Shown here piece after piece: positions 38,901-51,007 of a stretch of 64,000 bases of DNA. The translations under genes and the position numbers were made by a program. The notes under the pieces are model-generated. The model saw nothing but the letters and a program-made list of their open reading frames with translations. It made no database searches and was not told the origin of the DNA. The stretch lies in contig NC_043002.1 of NCBI RefSeq assembly GCF_006345805.1, positions 98,890,001-98,954,000 on the forward strand. Reading direction: 5' to 3'. Origin of the DNA: Octopus sinensis (Eukaryota). The number at the start of each line of letters is the position of its first letter. The stretch's first letter is position 1.

Positions 38901-39322
38901 AAATATGCAAGAAGGATATCCAGAGGTAATGCAGTACGATCGTTTCAGGTAACTCCATTTAACCTAACAATGCGATCATTAAATCAATTTAAATGTAGAG
39001 CAATCCTCAGCTGCATAAAGACATAAAATTAAATGAAATTAAAACAGATGGACAAATTAGTATAATTTTATCTAAAACCTTCAAGAATGTAAGGAGAAAT
39101 GAACACACCATGTTCTTTGTCTTCTCTTTACCTTCTTAGAGGTTTTAGGTAAAATTATACTAATGTGTCCATCTATTTTAATTTAATTAATTCTATGTCT
39201 TTATGCAGCTGAAGATTGCCCTGCATTTAAATTGATGTAATAATTGCATTGTTTAATTAAATAGAGTTGCTTCAAACGACGATCGTACAGCATTACCGTT
39301 GGATATCCTTGTTGCTTATTTT
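38900..39322. repeat. Diverged inverted repeat (about 200 bp arms) beside (TA)n, carrying hammerhead motifs
   Basis: AAGGATATCC..GCAGTACGATCGTTTC..CTCAGCTGCATAAGACATA pairs with TATGTCTTTATGCAGCTGAAG..CGATCGTACAGC..GGATATCCTT. Confidence 0.88.
38929..39016 (-). ncRNA. Type I hammerhead-like motif with extended, imperfect helix II
   Basis: AUGCAG-CUGAGGA-..-GAAA-CGAUCG-UA-CUGCAU; helix I 6 bp, palindrome ACGAUCGU; base of helix II poorly paired. Confidence 0.6.
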
Positions 39323-39427
39323 TATTTTAATCTCCTTATTTTGAAATTGTATGGATAATACCGTACTAAATTCTGATGCCTCAGCATAAGTACCTAATTC
39401 ATCTGAATCTATATATCTGTATATATA

Positions 39428-39782
39428 TCTCTCTATATATAAACGGCAGTTTGTCTGTGTGTGTTTCTGTGTGTCTGTTTGGTTGTACCCTCACTCTGAC
39501 CACGGCTTTTAACCGATTCTGATGAAACTTGACACACACATAGCCCAATGTCATAATTCAAAACTAACGCAGAGAAAAAAATCGATAAATTCGACATGAG
39601 GTCGAGAATCAGAAACACAAACCACAGACTGTCTAGGGGACGCAACTCCACCTTTTTAACTCCCAAAAAAATTTACCATAATTTTTTTCCGATTTTTTGG
39701 CTATATTTTGGCTATAACTATCTAAAAATGCTTTATAGTTATTTCCCTTACAAACCCGAGCAACGCCGGGCGATACTGCTAG
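39428..39782 (+). mobile_element. Non-autonomous Helitron
   Basis: A/TCTCTCTATATATAAA 5' end; CCCGAGCAACGCCGGG hairpin then CTAG/T. Confidence 0.82.
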
Positions 39783-41460
39783 TATATATATATATATATG
39801 TATATATAATCTTTTGTCTTGTATCATTTATATATATAAAACAAGGATAAACAAAAGTTTATATTGAGGTTCCTATGCTCGTTTACCATTATGGTTGTTT
39901 GGAAAACTGCGATAGATGTTCCAAATGCATATGGATGCTCAACAACAACGGATCCTTGAGGAGTACTTTATTTTATGAAGTTACAGGTAGCCATGTTCCA
40001 AGTAAGATGGATGGCGAGGCATTTCATAATTATTTTATGAGAGAAATAGAGAAATCAAAAGAATAAGCAGCACGTATTCCAAATACAAGAGAGAATGAGG
40101 AGAGAGAAATGGAGAAGACAGCTAAATAAGGGAGAGACAGAAAGAAGGGAAGAAAGAAGGAAAGAAGACATTAGATAGAAAAAGAAGAAAAAGAGAGAAA
40201 GGCGTAACGAATATAATAATTTGTCGACTAAAGTCGAGGTGAATTATGATGTATATACGATATAGAAATATAAATTATATAAAAAGACAATATTACTTAA
40301 CATATATATGTTTTGAAGTATACATAAAAATTATGTGTCTTAAGTTGTTCTTTAATGTTATGCTTAATCACTTGTGATCAGGTCGTACGTGTTAGGTTTT
40401 ATATCATACACATATATGGTTACATGTTTATATAGATAAGAAAATATATCTAATTTGAATTTGTTACTAGGTTCACTAAGAATCGAAACAATTATATGTG
40501 TGATTAACTAATTATTGTAGCGAGTGTTAATGCCTAATTTCAAATGCAACATAATCTGAGTGTAGTTTAATAAACGTATAATTAAATTTTAACATAGGTG
40601 TGTAAAATAAACAGTGTTTACATTAACGATTTTTACTCTGGCCGATTTGACTAGATTTGACTATTCTTCGAACTTCAAGAGAAAGAAACATGCCTCTGTT
40701 CTCTCTGTTTAGCGATTTATCGCTTCTAAGACCTTAGAAATTATCATTTCTAAGAAATTAGTGTATACAAAAAAGTACTCGACTAAATTTGTCCAGCTCA
40801 TTTGCTTAATTTTACAAACGTCAGCTTCCTGCATCAATTAATTGAATAATTAATTCGTAATGCACTGTCATTTTGATTTTGGATATGTATAATGGCATTA
40901 CTATTAACCCTTGACTTATTAATTTTAAGCTCGGTATGAAAAAGCAAACCTCGTGTTATTTCTGTGTACGAAAAGCAAAGAAAAAAAAAGATGACATGAT
41001 TAGTTTCTATAGTTTTAGAGCATCATCAGATAAATTATTTCCATCTTTTATCTGGGAGATATTCGTAGTTTATAACAATTTATACTAGATAAAAACTGGA
41101 TATTTTCTACCCAAAGAAAGATAGTAGCCATTTTGTGTACTTTTCACATTATGATTAAAATTGCATATTTATTAATTTATATTACTTTTCAAACGTTCTG
41201 TCATGTATTCTTCATGAATGCACAACATGGGTTTAATTAATCCACGTAAACTCATCAATTTAGATGCGGCTACATAAGTAGAAACATATTTGATTTGTCT
41301 TGAATTAAAATACTTGATAAAGCAGTGTCCAACTAAAACAATTTTTGGATCAGGATACCAATGAATTAATCATTCAAGTTGTTAGCGTATGGACCGTTAT
41401 GCAAATTAGGCTCACCTATGTTATTTAGTCTATATAATTAAAACGGTTTCTAAATATTAC

Positions 41461-41519
41461 CTGTGTTAATCTACGGAGATCGACCAGCAACGCTCATTCA
41501 CCGAAAGAACGCATTAACA
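41461..41519 (-). other. Candidate 59 nt non-coding exon
   Basis: Acceptor TTCACTCATTTCCTTCTCATCTGTAG and donor CAG/GTAATA; stops in all frames. Confidence 0.3.
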
Positions 41520-41819
41520 CTACAGATGAGAAGGAAATGAGTGAACAGGAAATAAGGTGGACTGGTTGTGGATAAAAGAGCTTCGGTCAAGGTTGGTGAA
41601 TATTGTTGTTAGTTTGTCCCGACTGCCTCTTTCGATCGACCATGTACAACAAATAAAGAACTCGGAGCAACGTCGAAATGAAGAATCAGCTTTGTATAAA
41701 CGAATGGACTACTTTTGGATTGCTTTTATTTATTTTCTGTACATGCACTCATCTACACATACGCTCATCTTTCTCTGTTACTATCTCTGATTCTTTCTGT
41801 CTGTCTCTGCCTCATTATA

Positions 41820-42095
<276 letters not shown>

Positions 42096-43565
42096 CAATT
42101 ATACATAAACATATCAGAACACATATACACACTAATTACATATTCTATTCTTCACATATTGTAGCAAACTTGCATTATAAAGCTCGAGACTATATTAATA
42201 TACACTTCAAAAAATATGAAAACATGTGACCTTAAACCGTCGAAAACCTCAAATCTCTAAACAACAGAATGTGTCACGACTAATTTATGTGTATTGCACC
42301 AGATCTGTTGTGCATCTACCAACACAAATGCAATATCCCTACAGATTTTTAAATTCATGTTGATAAATGACTCTAAATAATGCCAGACACTCTGTCTTCC
42401 AAACTAGAATAAGCTATTGTAAAAGCAAAATGGCGTCTTATTTCACCATGTAATAGAAATCAACATCATTTATAATTATGCAGTGTTCATGTTTATACAA
42501 GGTACGATTAGCTGTCCATATGTATGAGAACGGATGCACACAATTACACCTTTATACACATACACACGTTTATAAACATATCATTCATTTAGTCTGGGAT
42601 TTTCCAATTTGGTTTCAGCGAGTATATGCAGGCCTGATTATTTTTAATACGATTTACCATCGTTAGTGAAGGAAGACATAATCTAACTCGATAACGTGAT
42701 TGAGAGTATCGTCAATATTATTGTCGATATATAATCGAATATAATCGAATATACCCATCCTTTAAATTTGAACTATTGTGCTTCTGTAAGAAATCGATAT
42801 TACAGATTATCATTACTTTCTGCAACCTTTTGTATATGGCACGACCAAAATCATTTTTAAGCCAACAAACTTGTTGTAGAACTTCGAACAGGAACAAGTT
42901 GATGCTAGATTTATCTTCACCTCAACAGTTTAATATTGTATACTTTCTGATTCGATTTCACCCTTCTCTGATTTAAATCCTGTCAGCTTCTATAAAACTA
43001 TTTTCCACTCTTATTTTAACTAACGCCAACAACATTTTACTTAAATAACTGATTTAAATGAAAACTTCCTTAGTTTCCAAATGACGTCGTGTTTATTTCT
43101 GTAGCTTATGTATAATTATGCACCGGAGGTTCTCATCCCCCTCCTGCTTGGTTTCATGACTATTTCTAACTGTCAACGCTAGGATAGTGTCTTAAACCTC
43201 CAGTAAACTAGGGGTTGTTTCTCTTATATTCTTGTGGATGTCTGACATATTATCGAATTTTCTGTTGGCTTTTAAATACTTATCAAGTCAATATGCAAGT
43301 ATTTGGAGGAGATGCAGGATAAAAGTGCATTTGCCTGCCATTGCTTTCTTTTCTTTATAGTAGATTCTCGGAGCTTGGGAAGCCATATTTTGTCTAGTTG
43401 TAATTACATATGTTTACTGTTGTAAATAACTTCTGTATTATATGCGGTAACCATTTCTGCTACAATTTCTCTTTGTTCAGTTTTCATATATCAAATTTGT
43501 AATTTTCTCATCTCCATCTTACAGTAACCACCATCCCCACACAAGCAAGGTATATGCATGTATGC

Positions 43566-43607
<42 letters not shown>

Positions 43608-43652
43608 TGTATGTATGTATGTATGTATGTATGTATATACATACATACACAA

Positions 43653-43690
<38 letters not shown>

Positions 43691-43709
43691 GTATATATGT
43701 TTGTGTATG

Positions 43710-43759
<50 letters not shown>

Positions 43760-44084
43760 TCTGAACGTATTTTGATTCTCTTTTGTTTTCAATTATACTA
43801 AAAGTCTTGAAGAAAAAAGCAATATAACATTTTGAGCTTCATAATAAATTGGATACTTCTACTCTTCCGTTTCAGATTGCGTGTATAACGCGAGCGTTAC
43901 CTATTTAATGCATTTTTCTTTATCTGAAAACACTAACTTTTCCAAAGGGTCACTGAGGTATTTACTCACAAAATTATGCAAACAAAATATTATACATATA
44001 AATGTGAAGTTCTTATCTGGATATAGAAAATGAAGGTTTATGGCAGCTGACTATTATACATGTACACGCATTTTCTTCTCCGTA

Positions 44085-44170
44085 AATAAAACACCTAAAG
44101 CTCCATGAAGCTCCGGCAGAGGGTGATGGCGAACCCTGCTGTACTCTTTCACCACAACTTTCTCTCACGA
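44085..44170 (+). mobile_element. SINE family C internal fragment
   Basis: AACACCTAAAGCTCCATGAAGCTCCGGCAG..CCCTGCTGTACTCTTTCACCAC. Confidence 0.75.
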
Positions 44171-44369
44171 GCATTGAAAAATTTCAGGACAACTCTCTTC
44201 AGGTTATCATACGAAGGGAATAACGAAATGTATTTACATCTATTTAGTATTTTATAGTGAAAGCTTTAAAACTGTAACTTAATTTAGTTTTCATTTCTAA
44301 TGCATGCTGCGTTTTAGTACATGAGTGTGTATGAGTGTATGTGCATGTGCGTGTGTGTATGCATGTACG

Positions 44370-44445
<76 letters not shown>

Positions 44446-44532
44446 ATATATATATGTATATGTATATATATATATAGGGAGATGTACTCGCATAGCAAGT
44501 CATTTGATCTGAGATCGTGTGCTGAAAGGAAA

Positions 44533-44815
44533 ACAATTGCAGCGTGGAAGGTGTTTGTAAGCCATTTAAGAAACACACAAAAGCCATTCGATTCACTTCA
44601 ACATTTAAGTTTAATTTGTCAAAATATTTTCGTCGCTAAAATCCGCGACCTGTTCATTGACAAAAATCCGTGCAGCACGGATTTTTGTCAGTGAACATGT
44701 CGCGGATTTTAGCGACGAAAATATTTTGACAAATTAAACTTAAATGTTGAAGTGAATCGAACGGCTTTTGTTTGTTTCTTAGATGGCCTACAAACACCTT
44801 CCACGCTGCAATTGT
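44533..44815. repeat. Inverted repeat, 141 bp arms with 1 nt spacer
   Basis: Centre CCGTGC-A-GCACGG at 44668-44680; few mismatches; the right arm continues to about 45040 and ends in (TA)n. Confidence 0.95.
44686..44731 (+). ncRNA. Hammerhead-like motif with G3-C8 covariant core
   Basis: UGUCA-GUGAACA-U-GUCGC(ggauuuua)GCGAC-GAAA-AUAU-UU-UGACA; helices I and II 5 bp each, palindrome AAUAUU. Confidence 0.55.
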
Positions 44816-44904
44816 ATAAGTTGAAGTGAATCGAATGTTGATTCGTTAGCTACTGCACGCATTTTTTTTCTCTCCTTCTTTCTGTGTTTTTCTCTCTCTG
44901 TGTA

Positions 44905-44942
44905 TCTTTCTGTTGAAGAGCGTAGGCTCGAAACGTTAAAGA
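44905..44942 (+). ncRNA. Minimal hammerhead-like motif with A6U core change
   Basis: UCUUU-CUGUUGA-A-GAGC(guag)GCUC-GAAA-CG-UU-AAAGA; ACGU palindrome as helix III. Confidence 0.5.
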
Positions 44943-45169
44943 CTTGTTTTATTTATATTTCCTGAGCGCCATACTAATACAATTGTTCGTTTGTTTTCCA
45001 CCTGCCTTCGTCTTTTGTTTATTTTCATAAAGCTTCCCGTTATATATATATATATATACGTACATCATGCATACACACACCTGCGACGGACCGGTGTCCC
45101 GTCCAGGTGGGGAACCTATGCGCCAAGGAACCCGGTTCCTCGATGAGGAACAAACAATATTAACATATG

Positions 45170-45211
<42 letters not shown>

Positions 45212-45213
<2 letters not shown>

Positions 45214-45463
45214 GGTTCCCCGGTTTCCTTGGCGTATAGGTTCCCCACCTGGACGAGACACCGGTCCGTCGCAGGTGAGCTGCAAGGTGCAGGAGGAAAG
45301 AGTGAGAGAAAGAGTCAGCAGTAGATCACCATTACCTTCTGTCGGAGCCTCGTACAGCTTGGGTGTTTCGCTCATAAAAACGCACATCGCCCAGTCTGAG
45401 ATTGGAACCCGTGATACCTCGACCGAGAGTCCGCTGCTCTAACCACTAGGCCATGTGCCTCCA
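45212..45463 (-). mobile_element. SINE with family C head and V-domain-like 3' module
   Basis: Head TGGAGGCACATGGCCTAGTGGTTAGAGC; 3' CACCTGCGACGGACCGGTGTC-CGTCCAGGTGG resembles the V-SINE motif CCTGCGATGGACTGG..GTCCAGGG. Confidence 0.75.
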
Positions 45464-45768
45464 CATATCTTAATAATTGTATATCTATTTATAAATATAT
45501 GTTATAAGTATACAGATATTTGCGTTACTGTTTACATATGTATTACATGTATTCATATATATGTGATCTAACGTGGACGTTGAAGTTTAGTCTTAACATC
45601 ATTACTACTGAACCTTATTTCCATTATGAAACGTCTGGACCCATCGGCATTTCTTAATGTAAACAGTTTCATATGATATGAAAGTTAATTAAGAAAAAAC
45701 GCTGACTAAAATATCATACCCGCAAACATCAGCACAGTCCTGTTACCTTTTATACATTTAATGATACA

Positions 45769-45836
<68 letters not shown>

Positions 45837-46071
45837 CACACACACACACACACCACACATACACACACACACACATATATATATATATATGTATGTATAA
45901 TTAATATAGATAGCCGTGTGCAATGTTTTAAAAAAAGGGAAAACTATAATTGTTACCAAATATGACTAGGGTGTTATATATACATATACATAACACCCTA
46001 TATATATACACACACCCACAGACACACACAGACACACACACACACACGACACACACACACACACACACACG

Positions 46072-46144
<73 letters not shown>

Positions 46145-46528
46145 CAGACAGATAAAAGACACAAATGGTTTGAGCTCCCCTACATCTGTTTGAGAGTCTT
46201 TTTTTTATTTATAAAGAAATCAATTTTAGATTTAAGTTTCAATTCACCTGAAGAAAAACATTTTTCATAATGTAATTGATTTTTCATTCACAGAGACGCA
46301 TATGAAACAGCTGTATTGTATCTGAACCCATTTATAGTCTTACTTATTTTACGTCATACCTGGAACCTTCGTTACGCTAGATCTGGAACCGTGAGTGGAC
46401 CGTGAAACTGCATGTGATTTTAAACATAAAAAGGAAGGATGATCTGCATTTTTATTCTTATTTTGCTAACTTATTTCACTTCCAGTCACAGTATATATAT
46501 TATATGTTATTATATGATCTTAAACAAA

Positions 46529-46661
46529 GGCACAGGCGTGTTTGTGTAGTAAGAAGCTTTCTTCCCAACCACATGGTTCGGGGTTCAGTCCCACTGCGTG
46601 GCACCTTGGGCAGGTGTCTTGTGAGTAAATATGGTAGACGGAAACCGAAAGAAGACCGTCG

Positions 46662-46702
<41 letters not shown>

Positions 46703-46883
46703 ATTTGTGTGTTTGTGTCTGTGTTTCTCCCCCCAACATCGTTTGACCTGCGATGCTGGAGTGGCTACGTCCCTGTAACTTAGCGGGTCGGCATAATTGA
46801 GCGATAGAATAAGTACTAGGCTTACAAGGAATAAGTCCAGGGGTCAATTCTTTCGATCAAAAGTCAAAATGACTGAAACAAGA
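46529..46883 (+). mobile_element. SINE family B with internal deletion
   Basis: Head, CORE-like segment, microsatellite and tail. Confidence 0.82.
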
Positions 46884-46889
46884 AACTGT

Positions 46890-47105
46890 ATTCTTCTCTA
46901 CTCTAGGCACAAGGCCCAAAATTTTTGGGGAGGGGTCAGTCGATTAGATCGACCCCAGTACACAACTGGTGCTTAATTTATCGACCCCGAAAGGATGAAA
47001 TTCAAAGTCGACCTCGGCGGAATTTGAACTCAGAACGTAAAGACAGACGAAATACCGCTTAGCATTTCGCCCCGCGTGCTAATGTTTCTGCCAGCTACGC
47101 CGCCT
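46890..47105 (-). mobile_element. SINE family A, full length
   Basis: Reverse complement of the family A consensus; tail-to-tail with the preceding family B copy. Confidence 0.9.
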
Positions 47106-47543
47106 TATATCGATCAGTATATTGATCTGTTCATGCGCATGTGTATGTAAGTGGAAGGACAAGTCCGTATATATATTGATATATGCTTGAACATCCATAT
47201 ATATACAGTTGATACACAGATATGCTATTCTCGACCCTAACGTGGGGTCCTTATTATCAAAATACCTTGATTAAAATTGCTTTGGCAAATAATCAATTAT
47301 CATACAGGGTGACCCAAAGGTAGGTTTACAGTTATCCCGTAGTCACTTTAAACTTCTTTCAAAACATTTTATTACATTTAAATTTCTATCTTACGAACTA
47401 ATAAAAGGGATCTTGACAAAATTAACTAAATTAGCATAGGATAATGGTTTCATATCTTTTTTTTGTAATTAAGTAATTAAGATCTAAACTGTTAATATAT
47501 GACCATGTATATATGGCAACTAATTAATTATTATATATATGCA

Positions 47544-48212
47544 CTAGTGGGACGCGTGGAAATTCCACGGAATGGAAACGGTCAGGAGAAACAATTCAGG
47601 GAAGAAAGGATGATTTGCATCTTAATTCTTATTTTGCTAATTTATTTCACTGACACTCACAGTATTATATAATATGATCTTAAAAAGGCGGCGAGCAGGC
47701 AGAAACGTTAGCACGCTGGGCGAAATGCGTAGCTGTATTTCGTCTGCCGTTACGTTCTGAGTCCAAATTTTACCGAGGTCGACTTTGCCTTTCATCCTTT
47801 CGGGGTCGATTAAATAAGTACCAGTTACGCACGGGGGTCAACGTAATCCGTTTGTCTGTCCTAATTTGTCCCCTCTGTGTGTAGCCCCTTGTGGGTAGTA
47901 AAGAAATATATAATATGATCTTAAAATTTCCCGCTGCTAAACATTTTATATTTCTTTCTTCCTCTCTACTTCTTGAATAAACATTTTAACCATGTAATTC
48001 CCTCTTCATGTCTTTAACATTTCGCTTCGCCTCTCACTTTACCTCTTCTCTTTTCACTGCCTCTCACTTCCACTGACCCCGAATGATAGCATAATGCATC
48101 GGCATGCATTCTGCTCGCTCACTCACACTCATATTCCCTCTTCCTCCCTCTCACTCCACTAACTCCTCCTCTCTAATAAACGAACGAACAGGTATAAGAA
48201 TAATGTTATAGA
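47544..48212 (-). mobile_element. Non-autonomous Helitron containing a nested SINE
   Basis: 5' A/TCTATAACATT at 48212; 3' CCGTGGAATTTCCACG hairpin then CTAG/T at 47544. Confidence 0.7.
47686..47907 (+). mobile_element. SINE family A variant with 19 bp TSD
   Basis: ATATAATATGATCTTAAAA at 47667-47685 and 47908-47926. Confidence 0.92.
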
Positions 48213-48379
48213 TTTAGTTCAATTAAAAAAAAATCTTTCCCCTCTCGTCGCAACATCTGCACCACCACCATCATAATCACCATAGTTTTCAGTATCAAAG
48301 CACATTTCGTTTCAGTTCAGTTCAGCTGTTTGCTTATATCTGCTTATTTTTGCTGTCGATGTATCTCTACTTTGTCAAT

Positions 48380-48750
48380 GCAAACATTATTTGCCTATCT
48401 CTCTCTTGATGTAACTGTCTCCCCTTTCCATCGCTTTCTTTCTGCCTTTCTTTAACCTCACCATCAGAACATTACCCTCTGCTGAATATTGTATCATAAA
48501 CATATCTCTCTTTACCTTTCCCTCCCCACCATGCAGCACGTCGTTAAAGCTTCTCTCTCCCTCTTTTCTTTCACCAGCTTTTCCTCTCATTCTTCACCTC
48601 TCCCTTCAACTAACTACGTAACGCATCAGGCCTTATTATACACCCTTCTCTACTTTTTCCTCTCTTCTGTTTTATCAACTCAAACTCCTCCTCAATCTCC
48701 CACACTTTTACCCTACCTCTCACACACTCCGTATCCACCTCTGTAACTGA
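48380..48750. repeat. Pyrimidine-rich (C/T) low-complexity tract
   Basis: Strong strand purine/pyrimidine skew. Confidence 0.8.
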
Positions 48751-48863
48751 CTAGAGTATAACGGGCGAACGGACAAGCAGATTATTATTCAGATATATGT
48801 GGGAATTTATATATATTTATTATAAATCTATGAGCGAGAGATATACAATAACAGTACAGAATC

Positions 48864-49070
48864 GTAAAGTTTATTTGCCAACATAGTGTGGCAGTTTTAT
48901 GCAAGGGTGATGTTACTGTTATGTAGCCCAAGGAAAACATCTTTTCCAGTTGGCTACGGGCATAAGATGCGTGCTGATAGCCAAATGGAAAAGATGTTTT
49001 CCTGGGGCTAAATAACTGCAACATCGTCTCTGTATTGGACTGCCATATTATGTCGGCAAATAAACTTTAC
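48864..49070. repeat. Imperfect inverted repeat (about 93 bp arms, 21 nt loop)
   Basis: GTAAAGTTTATTTGCC/GGCAAATAAACTTTAC outer pairing; 33 bp inner stem 48924-48956/48978-49010 with two mismatches. Confidence 0.9.
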
Positions 49071-49078
49071 TATATATG

Positions 49079-49160
<82 letters not shown>

Positions 49161-49246
49161 TGTATGAGCATTATGTATGTATGCATGAATATATATATAT
49201 ATACCTATATCTATCTATATATCAATGTCTACATATATGTATATGC

Positions 49247-49289
<43 letters not shown>

Positions 49290-49292
<3 letters not shown>

Positions 49293-50672
49293 GAAATATG
49301 TTACAAAAAGAAAATATAAAATACACGTGGAAATGTAAGGGGAAAATAAGAAAAATCAACGAAAATACACATTTAAATAAAAAAAGAAAAGGCTTTTTAA
49401 GAAAGGTGACGATAGATATATATATATTTAGATGGACTGAGGTAGTAATAAAAGTCATAAAAGTCATTATTATGAGATGATTAAAAAGTCAGAAAGCAAA
49501 CCATACCATGGTTTCGTGAAAGCTATTCATTGCTTTGAATAAGCCCCGGCTAATAAACGGTGTCAGGTCTAATAGTTCCCGAGAAAAAGGATTATTTGTA
49601 AGGGAGAAAAGTAGTTCTGGATTTAGATATAGAATTGTAATGTGAATGGTATAGGGAGTGTGTAGGGGTTGGTGGTTTTAATTGAAGGGTTAGTGGTGTT
49701 CTGTATTAAGTTGTGTGTTCATATTTAGTTTGGGGAGATATTTATTGATGAAAAATGTCTCTTTATTCAACCTTTGTTGCATTGTGGTGTTCTGTGAACA
49801 TTGATAGAAAGGGAAGATTTGGAAATTAGGATTAAGATTCCTGGCACACCTTTCTATGTGTTCACTAACCTGTAACTGTCTGTATTGTGGGTGGTGGATT
49901 TGCTCTTTGTGAATGATGGCTCTTCGCCGGACTGAAATCCCTGTTTGTCCAATATAGCGGTTGCCACACCCTAAAGCATGTCATGACATAGATTAGATTT
50001 TCCGAGGCGCAGGTGAAATTTGATTTGATTTTAAATATTTCTCCTTGTTTGAAGTGAAATTCTGAACCTCCAAAAGGTGGGGGCATGTTCCGCAATTAGG
50101 ACGACCAAATGTTTTCACTTTTCGCTCTGTTGTTAGTGGATATAGTCTTGCGCTGGTTAATATTTTTTTCAGTGAATTCGGTTGCTTTTTGCTTTTTATA
50201 ATTTTGTATGAGCTTAAAATTTCGTCCATTGTTTTGTCTGCTGTGAGGATGGGAAGATTTTGGGTGATAATGTTGAAGGCTTCGTTGTTTCTAGGGTTAT
50301 GTGTGGAGATGTACGGGAGTATTTTTAAGTCTGGTTTATTATTTCGGCTGGCTTGCCTTAATATTTGTATATCTATTTCCTTAGCTCTTTTAATGCCTTC
50401 ATTTATTAATGAGATTGGGTAATGTATTTTAGTTAGTGTTGATCTAAGTTCAAGGAGTCTTTGTTCACGAGTATATGTATCCGAAACTATTGTACAGATT
50501 CTTTTCGCTAGATTAAAGGGTATATTAATTTTTTTGCGTTTGGGGTGGCAAGAGTTAAATAATAGGTATTGTTTAGAATCTGTGGGTTTATAAAAGATGT
50601 CTGTTTCTTTGTGGTTGTTAACTATTTTAATTAAGATGTCTAGAAAAGGGAGTTGTTTACTGTTGTGTTCCA
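49290..50672 (-). mobile_element. 5'-truncated Penelope-like retroelement (RT thumb, GIY-YIG, terminal region), between (TA)n tracts
   Basis: ORF 49993-50736: FTMEHNSKQLPFLD, TDIFYKPTDS, HPKRKKINIP; frameshifted NLIYVMTC..CGNRYIGQTG. The first about 20 aa of the ORF are flank. Confidence 0.92.
49498..49536 (-). ncRNA. Minimal hammerhead-like motif with A3-U8 covariant core
   Basis: AAAGCA-AUGAAUA-G(cuuuca)C-GAAA-CCAUGG-UA-UGGUUU; palindrome ACCAUGGU; helix I 5 of 6 pairs; lies downstream of the GIY-YIG domain. Confidence 0.5.
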
Positions 50673-51007
50673 TAGTGAATATATATATATATATATGGGT
50701 AAATATAGAGAGAGCAGGAGACGCAGTAGATGACATTGGTAAAAGGTGCAGGTGAAGAGAAAAGCAGTCTTACATCTGTTTCTGGGATATTAAGGATATC
50801 CCTTCACCAGAGACTTCATGAGAGAGTTAGCTAGAGGGAAATAGTAGAGTTCAGTAAAAGAAGATATTCTGGAAAAGGAATGATATAGGAAGTATAAAGG
50901 GAAACAAGGGAATAAATAAAATATAAGAGTAACAATATATGTGGGATATTACAGTTGCTGTTTCTTATCCATAGAAAGTGCTGTGTGGAATGGATAGAAA
51001 TGCTTCT

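Noticed and set aside
39515-39535. CTGATGAAAC inside the Helitrons (also near 29030)
   Set aside because: No helix II between CUGAUGA and the AAA, and no flanking helices; chance match.
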